This document shows, piece by piece, positions 57,073 through 64,000 of a DNA stretch of 64,000 nt. Each line of letters opens with the position of its first letter. Position 1 is the first letter of the stretch. The stretch is taken from NCBI GenBank assembly GCA_049428505.1, contig JBMTAG010000001.1, positions 13,154-77,153 of the forward strand. The letters are read 5' to 3'. The notes under the pieces are model-generated. The model did not search any database. It had not been told where the DNA came from and saw nothing but the letters and a program-made list of their open reading frames with translations. Position numbers and translations under genes: made by a program. The stretch is from Opitutaceae bacterium. Lineage in GTDB: Bacteria; Verrucomicrobiota; Verrucomicrobiia; Opitutales; Opitutaceae.

Positions 57073-59682
57073 TCAGGGCGCCGTTTTCGGCGCGATGGTG
57101 TAGGTGTGCGCGACCCCGCGGTTGCGCAGCGTCGCCGTCTCCTGGGTGGGCAAGGCCGCGCGCACGTACTCCACCCTGGTCTCGGCTGCGCTCACGCGCA
57201 CGCGCAGGTGGCCGGAATTAGGCAGGATGGTGCCCGTCACGTACCCCCCGTCCCGGGCGCTTCCCGTGGAGAAATTGCCCGTCCCGGGCTGGGGACATTC
57301 CTGATAAACCACGCCATCGAGTTGCTGGTATCCGTAAAAGTGATCGTGACCGTGGAAGACCGCGCTCACCCCGTGCTGCACGAGCAAGGCATGGATGGGG
57401 ACGCCCCAACCGGGGCGCTTTTCGGCGAAACCCTCCGAATCGTCCGCGTTGCGGCCGCCCCATTCGTAACGCCCCGCCGCCTCGACGCCGCCGCGCCCGG
57501 AAGCCGCCCCGCCCACGAGATTGTGCAGGAAGAGGAACTTGTGGCGCGCGCGGCTGCGGGACAAGGTCCCCCGCAACCAGTCGTACTGGGTGCGTCCAAG
57601 GCTCCAGCGCCAGTTGTCGCCCCCGTTCGCGTTCGGATTTGCCAGCGTGTTGTTGTAGGGGTCGAGGACCACGAAGAGCGCATCCCCCCACTCCCAGGCG
57701 TAATAGTTCTCCAGCAATTCCTCCTGGCCGAGGATGGTGCGTTTCTCGGCGCTACCAGTGTAGATGCCGCCGGACACCGGCGTCGGGAAATGGAGCTTCC
57801 GCGCCCGCAGATTCCAGCTGCCCACGTTGCCATTCAAACCGGGGCTGCGGTCCGCCGCGAACACGTAGCCGTACTCGCCCTCGTGGTTGCCCAGCGAGAA
57901 GAAGAACGGCACCGAATGCGCGAACTGCGCAAACTCGTTCCGCAGGGTCACCGCCCGGTACTCCACCAGCCCGTAGTTCACGGTCAGGCCCGGGATGATC
58001 GTGGACAGCTTGTCCGACATGAAGATGTCGCCGAGGTCCACGTGGAAATCCGGGCCGTCCGCCGCAATATTGCGCATCGCCAGCGCGAAGAGCCCGGGAT
58101 TTGTCGCTTCGTCCAGATGCGGGTCGGCAGTAATCGTGAAGGTGAAATCGGCCCCCGGCGCCCGCTGGGTGACGAAGCTCCGTTCCCCCCGGGCGCGAAA
58201 GACGGCCTCGCCGGGCGCCCGGTAGCGGACGCGGTAATAGTGGCGCCGCCCGGCCGCCAGCGGGGCCCCGCCCGGAGGCGCCTCGATCCGGATCTCCGCC
58301 GGCGCGCCCGCCGGATAAACCGCGCTCGCGGTGCGCGCGACGTACTCCCCGGGACTCGCCCCGAACTCGACGTAGGCCTCGAGGGTCGAGGCCGCCTCGA
58401 AATTCACGGTGACCCCGCGGTCGGTGGGGATGCCGAGGAACTCCGGGGACGTGAAGAGGGCATCCTTGAAGGTGGCTGCCACAAGGTACGCGCCGCTCGC
58501 GCTGACCCCGCGGCTGCCGGCGGCATCCACCGCCGTGACCGCATAGCTGACGGTCGCCCCGGCCGCCTGCGTCGGAATCACCGCCGCGAAGATCCCGTCT
58601 GCCGCCAGTTGGTCCTCGTGGCGGCCGTCGTCCCACATCGGCACGCTCTGCGGCGCGCCGCCGCCGATCCGGTACTCGAGCGTGGCCTGCACCGGCCGCC
58701 CCCCGTCCGGGGTCTGGATCCGCGCGGAGATGACGGTGGCGTCGAGAAAGGTCGGGATCGCCGGCTGGGTGGCGACTTCCGCGAAGGTGAAGCCGGCCGT
58801 GGACGGGGCCGGCGCCGGGGCCTCGGCGTAAACCTCCACCAACGCGGTCCCGGTGCCCCCGCCGACCCCGCTCACGACGGCGGAGTACGAGCCGGCCGGA
58901 AGGCTGGCCACAAGGGCCGCGTCGCGGCTGCCCGCGGCCAGCTCGAAGGCGCCGAACGCGCGGGCCGCGGCCGCCACCTCGGCGCCGTTCGCCGCGCTGC
59001 CCCAGTTGTCGTTGGTGGCCACCACCACGCCGCCGCGGTAGAGTGTGATGGTGGGGTCCGCGAGCACGCCGCCGACCCCGAAGGCGCCCAGCCCCGGCCC
59101 CACCGCGCGGATCAGGATGCGCAGCGATCCGGGCCCCGCGATGACGAAGCCCGGGATGAGGACGTTGTCCCCGGTCCCCACGAAGGCCCGCGTGGACGCG
59201 TTGACCAGGTAGGCGCCCGCCGCGGGCTCCGCGTCGTAGACCTCAAGCAGCGCGACCCCGGAGGCACCCGCGGGCGCCGTGACCGGCGCGGTGTAACCAC
59301 GGGGGACCAGCGAACGCACGAGAGCCGCGTCGCGGCTGCCCGCGGGCAGCGCGAAGGCGCCCACCGCACCCATCACGGAGGCGTCCGCGGCCAGCCAGTT
59401 GTCGTTCTCGGCGAGCACCGTGGCGTCGGCCAGCAGCGCCAGTCGCGGATCCGCGAGCGAACCGGCGACCCCGAACCCCGCCAGCGCCGGTCCGACCGCC
59501 CGCACCAGCACCGGCTTCGCCCCCGCCCCGGCCACCACGAAGCCCGAGATCGGCGTGCCGGCGGCACCCCCGACGGCAGCCCGGGTGGCCAGGTTCACCA
59601 GCCGGGCGGAAGGCGGCTCCGCGGCCGACACGAGCAGGGCGGGCAGCAGCGGGAGCAGGAGCAGGCGGCGAAACAGGCGCAT
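57073..59682 (-). CDS. secreted metallophosphoesterase with 2x shared module at the N-terminus
   Basis: Signal peptide MRLFRRLLLLPLLPALLVSAA. Modules lie at 59236..59607 and 58828..59211. Beta-rich FN3-like spacers follow (RRHYYRVRY). Metallophosphatase motifs ITADPHLD, LGDIFMSD, LGNHEG, FLHNLVGG, FHGHDH. Confidence 0.8.
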   Translation of the reverse strand: MRLFRRLLLLPLLPALLVSAAEPPSARLVNLATRAAVGGAAGTPISGFVVAGAGAKPVLVRAVGPALAGFGVAGSLADPRLALLADATVLAENDNWLAADASVMGAVGAFALPAGSRDAALVRSLVPRGYTAPVTAPAGASGVALLEVYDAEPAAGAYLVNASTRAFVGTGDNVLIPGFVIAGPGSLRILIRAVGPGLGAFGVGGVLADPTITLYRGGVVVATNDNWGSAANGAEVAAAARAFGAFELAAGSRDAALVASLPAGSYSAVVSGVGGGTGTALVEVYAEAPAPAPSTAGFTFAEVATQPAIPTFLDATVISARIQTPDGGRPVQATLEYRIGGGAPQSVPMWDDGRHEDQLAADGIFAAVIPTQAAGATVSYAVTAVDAAGSRGVSASGAYLVAATFKDALFTSPEFLGIPTDRGVTVNFEAASTLEAYVEFGASPGEYVARTASAVYPAGAPAEIRIEAPPGGAPLAAGRRHYYRVRYRAPGEAVFRARGERSFVTQRAPGADFTFTITADPHLDEATNPGLFALAMRNIAADGPDFHVDLGDIFMSDKLSTIIPGLTVNYGLVEYRAVTLRNEFAQFAHSVPFFFSLGNHEGEYGYVFAADRSPGLNGNVGSWNLRARKLHFPTPVSGGIYTGSAEKRTILGQEELLENYYAWEWGDALFVVLDPYNNTLANPNANGGDNWRWSLGRTQYDWLRGTLSRSRARHKFLFLHNLVGGAASGRGGVEAAGRYEWGGRNADDSEGFAEKRPGWGVPIHALLVQHGVSAVFHGHDHFYGYQQLDGVVYQECPQPGTGNFSTGSARDGGYVTGTILPNSGHLRVRVSAAETRVEYVRAALPTQETATLRNRGVAHTYTIAPKTAP
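58828..59211 (-). repeat. shared protein module, copy 6 of 7 (128 aa, N-terminal region of its protein)
   Basis: YLVNASTRAFVGTGDNVLIPGFVIAGPGSLRILIRAVGPGLGAFGVGGVLADPTITLY...NDNW...GAFELAAGSRDAALVASLPAGSYSAVVSGVGGGTGTALVEVY. Confidence 0.8.
59236..59607 (-). repeat. shared protein module, copy 7 of 7 (124 aa, directly after the signal peptide)
   Basis: ARLVNLATRAAVGGAAGTPISGFVVAGAGAKPVLVRAVGPALAGFGVAGSLADPRLALL...NDNW...GAFALPAGSRDAALVRSLVPRGYTAPVTAPAGASGVALLEVY. Confidence 0.8.
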
Positions 59683-59702
59683 GGAGCATGCTGGCCCGAA
59701 CG

Positions 59703-59731
59703 CATGAAGCGCCGCGGCGGGCTCCGATTAA
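59703..59731 (-). promoter_or_regulatory. conserved promoter-like element upstream of the metallophosphatase gene (TTAATC-N17-TTCATG)
   Basis: Counterpart of 55790..55818, with identical spacing to the start codon. Confidence 0.3.
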
Positions 59732-59738
59732 AGCCCTG

Positions 59739-60488
59739 TCATCCGCCCTTGCCGGCATCCCCCGGGCGCACGATCTCGGCCGGCAACTCCAGGTCCGGCT
59801 TGGTGGTCCACCGGGGGCGCCACTCCGGACGCTCGATCCGCGTCCGGAAGACGACGGTGTTGTCGAGGTCGAGGTCGCCCGTCCAGATGAAGCGGGCCCC
59901 GGCGAAATCCGCCTGACCAAAGGCCTCCTTCGGCCGGACGCGCTCGACGGTATACTCCACCGCGGGCGACCAGTCCGCGTCGTCAAAGTCGACGGCGTAC
60001 CAGCGGGCGGGCAACGGCTGGCGCTCGACCCGCTTTTCGCCCCCGGGTCCCGCCACGGGCCCGCGGAAGAACGCGCGCGCCTTCCACGAGGCATTGGTCA
60101 CCGTGCCGTCGCTGAACTTGAGGATGAAGCCGCCGTCGCCGATGGACGTCCCGTACTCGTGGCCGGTGCGCGGGTCCGCGTTGTCCATCGCGAGGACCGC
60201 GATCGTCATCGGGTATTCCGGCAGCAGGTCGACGGAGACGACGTTGTGCGGCAGGAAGTCGATCGGATCCACCGCGACGAGGCGCCCGTTGACGTAGAGG
60301 GCGAACCAGTTGTCCGCGTAGACGTTCGCGCGGATCGTGTCCCGCAGCGTCGGCTTGATCACCCCCGCATCCGGGCCCGGGGCCGCCTTTCGGCCCGGCC
60401 GGGGCCGGCTGCCCTCCGCGGGAGCATCAGCCCCCGCGAGGAAGGGGACGCACAGGAGGGCGAACAGGATCAGGCGTGGCGAGTTCAT
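59739..60488 (-). CDS. secreted jelly-roll-like protein, paralogue of the N-domain of 48167..49261
   Basis: ATG at 60488 (the ORF opens with GTG 60500). Signal peptide MNSPRLILFALLCVPFLAGADA. About 60% identity by eye to the other copy: KPTL.DTIR...YADNWFA...NG.LVA.D.IDFLPHN.VSV..LPEYP.TIAVLA.DNA.P.TG.EYG..IGD.GFIL...DGTVT.A.WKA.AF.RGP. Confidence 0.7.
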   Translation of the reverse strand: MNSPRLILFALLCVPFLAGADAPAEGSRPRPGRKAAPGPDAGVIKPTLRDTIRANVYADNWFALYVNGRLVAVDPIDFLPHNVVSVDLLPEYPMTIAVLAMDNADPRTGHEYGTSIGDGGFILKFSDGTVTNASWKARAFFRGPVAGPGGEKRVERQPLPARWYAVDFDDADWSPAVEYTVERVRPKEAFGQADFAGARFIWTGDLDLDNTVVFRTRIERPEWRPRWTTKPDLELPAEIVRPGDAGKGG

Positions 60489-60533
60489 CCCCCATGGCAC
60501 GCCCGCCGGATGTGCGGTTCACTCGCAAACACA

Positions 60534-62348
60534 TTACGGCTCATTCATCCCGGGCGTTCTCCGACGGCGCAGCACCCACAGGTCGCCCTGCGGCGAATCG
60601 AACGGGTGCCTTCCCTCCGCGCTCGCGACGGGCTCATACTCCCGGTCGATCCACGCCAGCAGCAGCTTCCCCTCGCCTTCCCGTTCGCCGTAGCGGTTCA
60701 CGCCGTATTCCCGCAGGTCCCGGGTCAGGGCGACGACCCAGTCCGGCGGGCGGGCCTCGAGCTGCTGCACGAGGGCGGCCTCCGCCTCCCCCCGCAGGGC
60801 GAAGGAGAACAGGAAGAATGGCGGCACGGGGCTGGGCATACGGGTGAGGTAGTTCAGCATCAGGCCCTCCGGCAGCACGAGCAGCGTCCCCGTGGCGCCC
60901 TCCCGGCGCAGGACCTCCTGCGCGAAGTTCAGCCACGCGCCGTACGGTCGGGGCGGCGGCCGGGCGAGGAAGGCGTCCGCACCGGAACCCACGCGGAGCA
61001 CCCGCGAGGCCAGCTCCGCGCGCGACGCGGCGACAATCTGGCTGCCGTACCCCAGGAGCATCCCGGCCGCCGCCAGGATCAGCACCCGGCGCCCGGCCAC
61101 GGAACCGGAGGGGAGCACCCGCGGCCACTCGACCACCAGCACGGCCGAGAGGACCATCAGGGCCAACGCCGCCTGGTAGAAACCGAAATGATGCAGCCGG
61201 CCGTGCAACATCATCCGCGCCATCAACCCGGCGGCCAGCGTGGCCAGCAGGAGGCGCTCCGGACGCGCCCCGGCGCGCCTCCATGCGACGAACGCAAGGT
61301 ACAGCAGCAGCAGCCCCAGCCAGCTTCGCGGCACACCATCGCCCACGTGCGGCTGGCGCGCCGCCAGGCAGAGCACGCTCAGCCCGCCTCCGGCCGCGAC
61401 CGCTCGGAGGACCGGACGGCGGATCGCGCCGATCCGGTCCCCGAGGAGCGTCAGCGCGAGCAGCGTGACGAGCGCCCCCGCCGTCCATTCGAGATGCTCG
61501 CGGAAATTGGTCCACGGCGCGTTCCAGCCGGAGAGCAGGGCCTGAAAGTGACCATCCACGGCGGCACCCGAGGAAACCATCCGCCACGCGGTGGTCGCCT
61601 CGCTCCATCCCCGCATCCAGCCGCCGTCGCGCGCCGCGCGGAGCGCCAGAAGGCAGATGGGCAGGAGCGTGCCCGCGACGGCGGGCAGCACCGAGGCGCC
61701 GGCCACGGGAAGCCCGCGGCGGCGGGCGCAATGCACCGCGACGGCTCCCACCAGACCGCCCGCCAGGATGAACTCGGGCTTGAGCACCCAGCAGAGACCC
61801 CAAGCGAACCCCGCCGCCCCCGCCCACGCCGGGCGCCCCGAGCGCAGCCAGGCACTCGCCCCGAACGTGAGCGCGAGGACGGCGAGCATTCCGTGCGTGA
61901 CCTCGTGCGCGTAAGGAAAAGCATAATTGTAATTTCCGGTTTCCCCCAGCTGCGTGAATCCGCAGAGGGTCACGAACACTGCCCCGGCCGTCGCGGCCCC
62001 CCGCCAGCCCCACGCGCGCCGGAACAGGATCACCACGAGCACCAGGATCGCGGCGAAAATCACCAGATTGGCCGTGACCAGCGTCATCAGCCCCGGCCCA
62101 AAGCACCGGAAGAGGAGCCCGTTCCACTCCTGCGACCACGGCCCGTAGACGCCGTCTACCTCCCGGTAGAGGCGATCCCCGCACGCCAGCCGCCAGGCCG
62201 TGTAGAGCTCCCGCCCGGAGTCGACGATCTCGTCGGGCCAGCGACGCCACGAGAGCACCAGGAAGGGCGACGCGAGGCCCAGCAACGCGGCGGTCAGCAG
62301 CGCAGTGCCGAGGGAACGGAGTCGCGGACGGAATGGGCGATCAGGCAT
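60534..62348 (-). CDS. polytopic membrane protein, GT-C-fold (ArnT/PMT-like) glycosyltransferase candidate
   Basis: Internal ATG of ORF 60534..62621 with GGAG 9 nt upstream. At least 11 hydrophobic segments. The first loop WPDEIVDSGRELYTAWRL resembles the DE-containing loop 1 of GT-C enzymes. The C-terminal domain is soluble. Confidence 0.5.
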   Translation of the reverse strand: MPDRPFRPRLRSLGTALLTAALLGLASPFLVLSWRRWPDEIVDSGRELYTAWRLACGDRLYREVDGVYGPWSQEWNGLLFRCFGPGLMTLVTANLVIFAAILVLVVILFRRAWGWRGAATAGAVFVTLCGFTQLGETGNYNYAFPYAHEVTHGMLAVLALTFGASAWLRSGRPAWAGAAGFAWGLCWVLKPEFILAGGLVGAVAVHCARRRGLPVAGASVLPAVAGTLLPICLLALRAARDGGWMRGWSEATTAWRMVSSGAAVDGHFQALLSGWNAPWTNFREHLEWTAGALVTLLALTLLGDRIGAIRRPVLRAVAAGGGLSVLCLAARQPHVGDGVPRSWLGLLLLYLAFVAWRRAGARPERLLLATLAAGLMARMMLHGRLHHFGFYQAALALMVLSAVLVVEWPRVLPSGSVAGRRVLILAAAGMLLGYGSQIVAASRAELASRVLRVGSGADAFLARPPPRPYGAWLNFAQEVLRREGATGTLLVLPEGLMLNYLTRMPSPVPPFFLFSFALRGEAEAALVQQLEARPPDWVVALTRDLREYGVNRYGEREGEGKLLLAWIDREYEPVASAEGRHPFDSPQGDLWVLRRRRTPGMNEP

Positions 62349-62436
62349 CGCCCAGTCTCCGCCGGGCGGATGAACCGCGGGCGGCGCAGGGCCATTACAA
62401 AGCTGAGAATACCCGCCCGCGGAACGTGAACCGGCG

Positions 62437-63192
62437 ATGAACACACTGTCATCACCCGCGGCTTGCCGGCCGCGCGGCCCGCGCTTCCCTTGCCTCGTGA
62501 AAATCCTGCTCCTCGAGGACGACCGGAAGCTCGCCGCGCTGGTCCGCAAGGGGCTGGAGACGCAGGGCTTCGTGGTCGACGCCTGCAATGACGGCCACGA
62601 GGCGTTCACCCTCGCCTCCACCCGGGCCTACGACGCGCTCGTCCTGGACGTGATGGTGCCGGGGCGCGACGGGCTGAGCATCCTCCGCGGGCTGCGCGCC
62701 CAGCGCCGGCCGGTGCCCGTGATCCTGATCACGGCGCGCGGCGCCCTCCCCGAGCGGCTCGAGGGCCTGAACCTCGGCGCGGACGATTACCTCACCAAGC
62801 CCTTCTACGTGGATGAACTGGTCGCCCGGCTCCACGCGGTGATGCGGCGCGCCGCGGGCACCCCGCTCACCCTGGTCGAGAACGGCCGGGTGACCGTGAA
62901 CCTGCTCACCCGCGAGGTGCGCGTCGGCAGCGAGGCGGTTGACTTGACCGCCCGGGAGTTCGCGCTGCTCACCTACCTGATGCGCTCCCCCGGCCAGACC
63001 TTCACCCGGCCGCAGATCTGCGAGCACGTCTGGAACTACCACTTCGACCCCGGCACCAACCTGGTCGACGTCTACATCCAGCGCCTGCGGCGCAAGCTGC
63101 GCGAGGGCGAGGAGGGCGGCCTGATCGAGACCATCCGCGGGGTGGGTTACCGGGCCCGCCCCGTGCCGGCCGCGCCGCGCCCCGCCCCGTGA
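62437..63192 (+). CDS. OmpR-family two-component response regulator
   Basis: Receiver KILLLEDD...LVLDVMVPGRDG...ADDYLTKPF, plus a winged-helix LTAREFALLTYLM...VDVYIQRLRRKL...IETIRGVGY. GTG 62497 (VKILLLEDD) is a more typical start than 62437. Confidence 0.9.
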   Translation: MNTLSSPAACRPRGPRFPCLVKILLLEDDRKLAALVRKGLETQGFVVDACNDGHEAFTLASTRAYDALVLDVMVPGRDGLSILRGLRAQRRPVPVILITARGALPERLEGLNLGADDYLTKPFYVDELVARLHAVMRRAAGTPLTLVENGRVTVNLLTREVRVGSEAVDLTAREFALLTYLMRSPGQTFTRPQICEHVWNYHFDPGTNLVDVYIQRLRRKLREGEEGGLIETIRGVGYRARPVPAAPRPAP

Positions 63193-64000
63193 CCTCCTTC
63201 CGCGTCCGGCTCGCCCTGCTCGTCGGCGGCACCACCGCCGCGCTCCTGCTGGGCGCCGGCCTGGTCGCCTGGAACCTCGCCTCCGGCTTCAACCTCGAGC
63301 GGCTCGACCGCGAACTCCACGAGCTCGCCCGCCGGAACCTCGTGCGCGTCCCCGGCCCGGGCAACTGGGGCCGGCTCGACGCCGCCCTCGCCCTCCTCGG
63401 CCACGGCGAGGGCCCGCCCGCGTACGTGATCTGGGCGCGCACCTACCAGCGCGACGAGTACCGTTCGCCGGGCTGGCCCGCCGAACTGGATCCCGCCACC
63501 CTGCCGGTCCCCGCCGCCTATGAGGGCGGAATCACCCTGACCGAACCGCCGCCGCCCCCGCGGAAAAGCAGCCTCTCCGCGCAAAACCCCTCCCTGCCGA
63601 TCCGCCAGACCGCCTTCCGCACCGTCGCCGCGGGCGGCTCCACCTGGCGCCTCGCGGTGACCGGCAACCCGTACACCACCCTCGTGCTCGGCGTCCGCCT
63701 CGAGGAGTCGACGCGCGACCTCGACCGGCTGCGCGACCGCTACCTCGCGGCCGTGCCCGCGGTGCTGCTGCTCGTCGGCCTCGGGGCGTGGTGGCTCGCC
63801 ACGCGCGCGCTCCGCCCCGTCGCCGCCCTCACCGAGGCCGCCGAGTCGATCACCGCGCAGGGCCTCGCGCAGCGCATCGCCGCCCCGGCCTATGACCGGG
63901 AATTCGGCCGGCTCGTCACCGTGTTCAACGCGATGCTCGACCGGCTGGAACGCTCCTTTCAACAGGCCCGCCGCTTCAGCGCCGACGCCTCGCACGAGCT
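63189..64000 (+). CDS. sensor histidine kinase, N-terminal part (continues beyond window end)
   Basis: Not in the ORF track because it runs off the edge. GTG 63189 overlaps the regulator stop (GTGA). TM1 LALLVGGTTAALLLGAGLVAW, a periplasmic segment, TM2 plus HAMP (AVLLLVGLGAWWLATRALRPV...FNAMLDRLE), and H-box RRFSADASHEL. Confidence 0.8.
   Translation, partial: MTSFRVRLALLVGGTTAALLLGAGLVAWNLASGFNLERLDRELHELARRNLVRVPGPGNWGRLDAALALLGHGEGPPAYVIWARTYQRDEYRSPGWPAELDPATLPVPAAYEGGITLTEPPPPPRKSSLSAQNPSLPIRQTAFRTVAAGGSTWRLAVTGNPYTTLVLGVRLEESTRDLDRLRDRYLAAVPAVLLLVGLGAWWLATRALRPVAALTEAAESITAQGLAQRIAAPAYDREFGRLVTVFNAMLDRLERSFQQARRFSADASHE

Noticed and set aside
48170-59607. Shared module as a T9SS C-terminal domain, a PEP-CTERM/LPXTG-type sorting signal, or a recent DNA repeat
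   Set aside because: There is no terminal TM helix plus basic tail and no PEP or LPXTG motif. The module occurs in tandem and also at the N-terminus of one protein, which a C-terminal sorting signal would not. The nucleotide sequences of the copies have diverged, so this is not a recent duplication or a mobile repeat.
53238-62429. Three very long plus-strand ORFs (53238-55862, 56944-59916, 59688-62429) across the exoprotein array
   Set aside because: All are antisense to genes with clear catalytic motifs and signal peptides. Their translations are Arg/Gly/Pro/Asp-rich low-complexity strings.

Overview
Very GC-rich (by eye about two-thirds to 70% G+C), densely coded chromosomal segment. About 57 genes are supportable, and no intergenic gap exceeds roughly 110 nt. 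Most of the window is housekeeping: ilvC/ilvN, asd, trpF, hisF, hemC/hemD, hemA, acs, rho, infA, tadA, lysS, lpxB, LolCDE-like ABC genes, ggt, PBP4 and one tRNA-Val. The gene content points to a PVC-superphylum, Verrucomicrobiota/Opitutales-like organism: many prepilin-type N-termini, a DUF1552/DUF1592-type pair, a sulfatase and Ig-like YQW(R/Q)(K/R)xG domains. This taxonomic call is inference only. Two regions are not ordinary. (1) 48.2-62.3 kb is a same-strand array of eight genes with an embedded ECF sigma factor and a divergent OmpR/histidine-kinase pair. Four of its secreted proteins share seven copies of a ~125-134 aa module that I cannot assign to a named family. The other parts are two purple-acid-phosphatase-like metallophosphatases, a YHYH/DUF1566 protein, an NlpC/P60-like protein, two jelly-roll-like paralogues and a GT-C-like membrane protein. 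(2) 8.1-16.0 kb is a seven-gene, translationally coupled pseudopilin operon: a GspG-like gene, four oversized prepilin-like genes, a 1080-aa GspK-like giant and an unknown secreted protein. No assembly ATPase, platform, secretin or prepilin peptidase lies in the window. I saw no CRISPR array, transposase, prophage or recognisable defence genes. The many long antisense ORFs in the track are high-GC artefacts. All calls rest on reading the translations and on motif memory; no searches were run.
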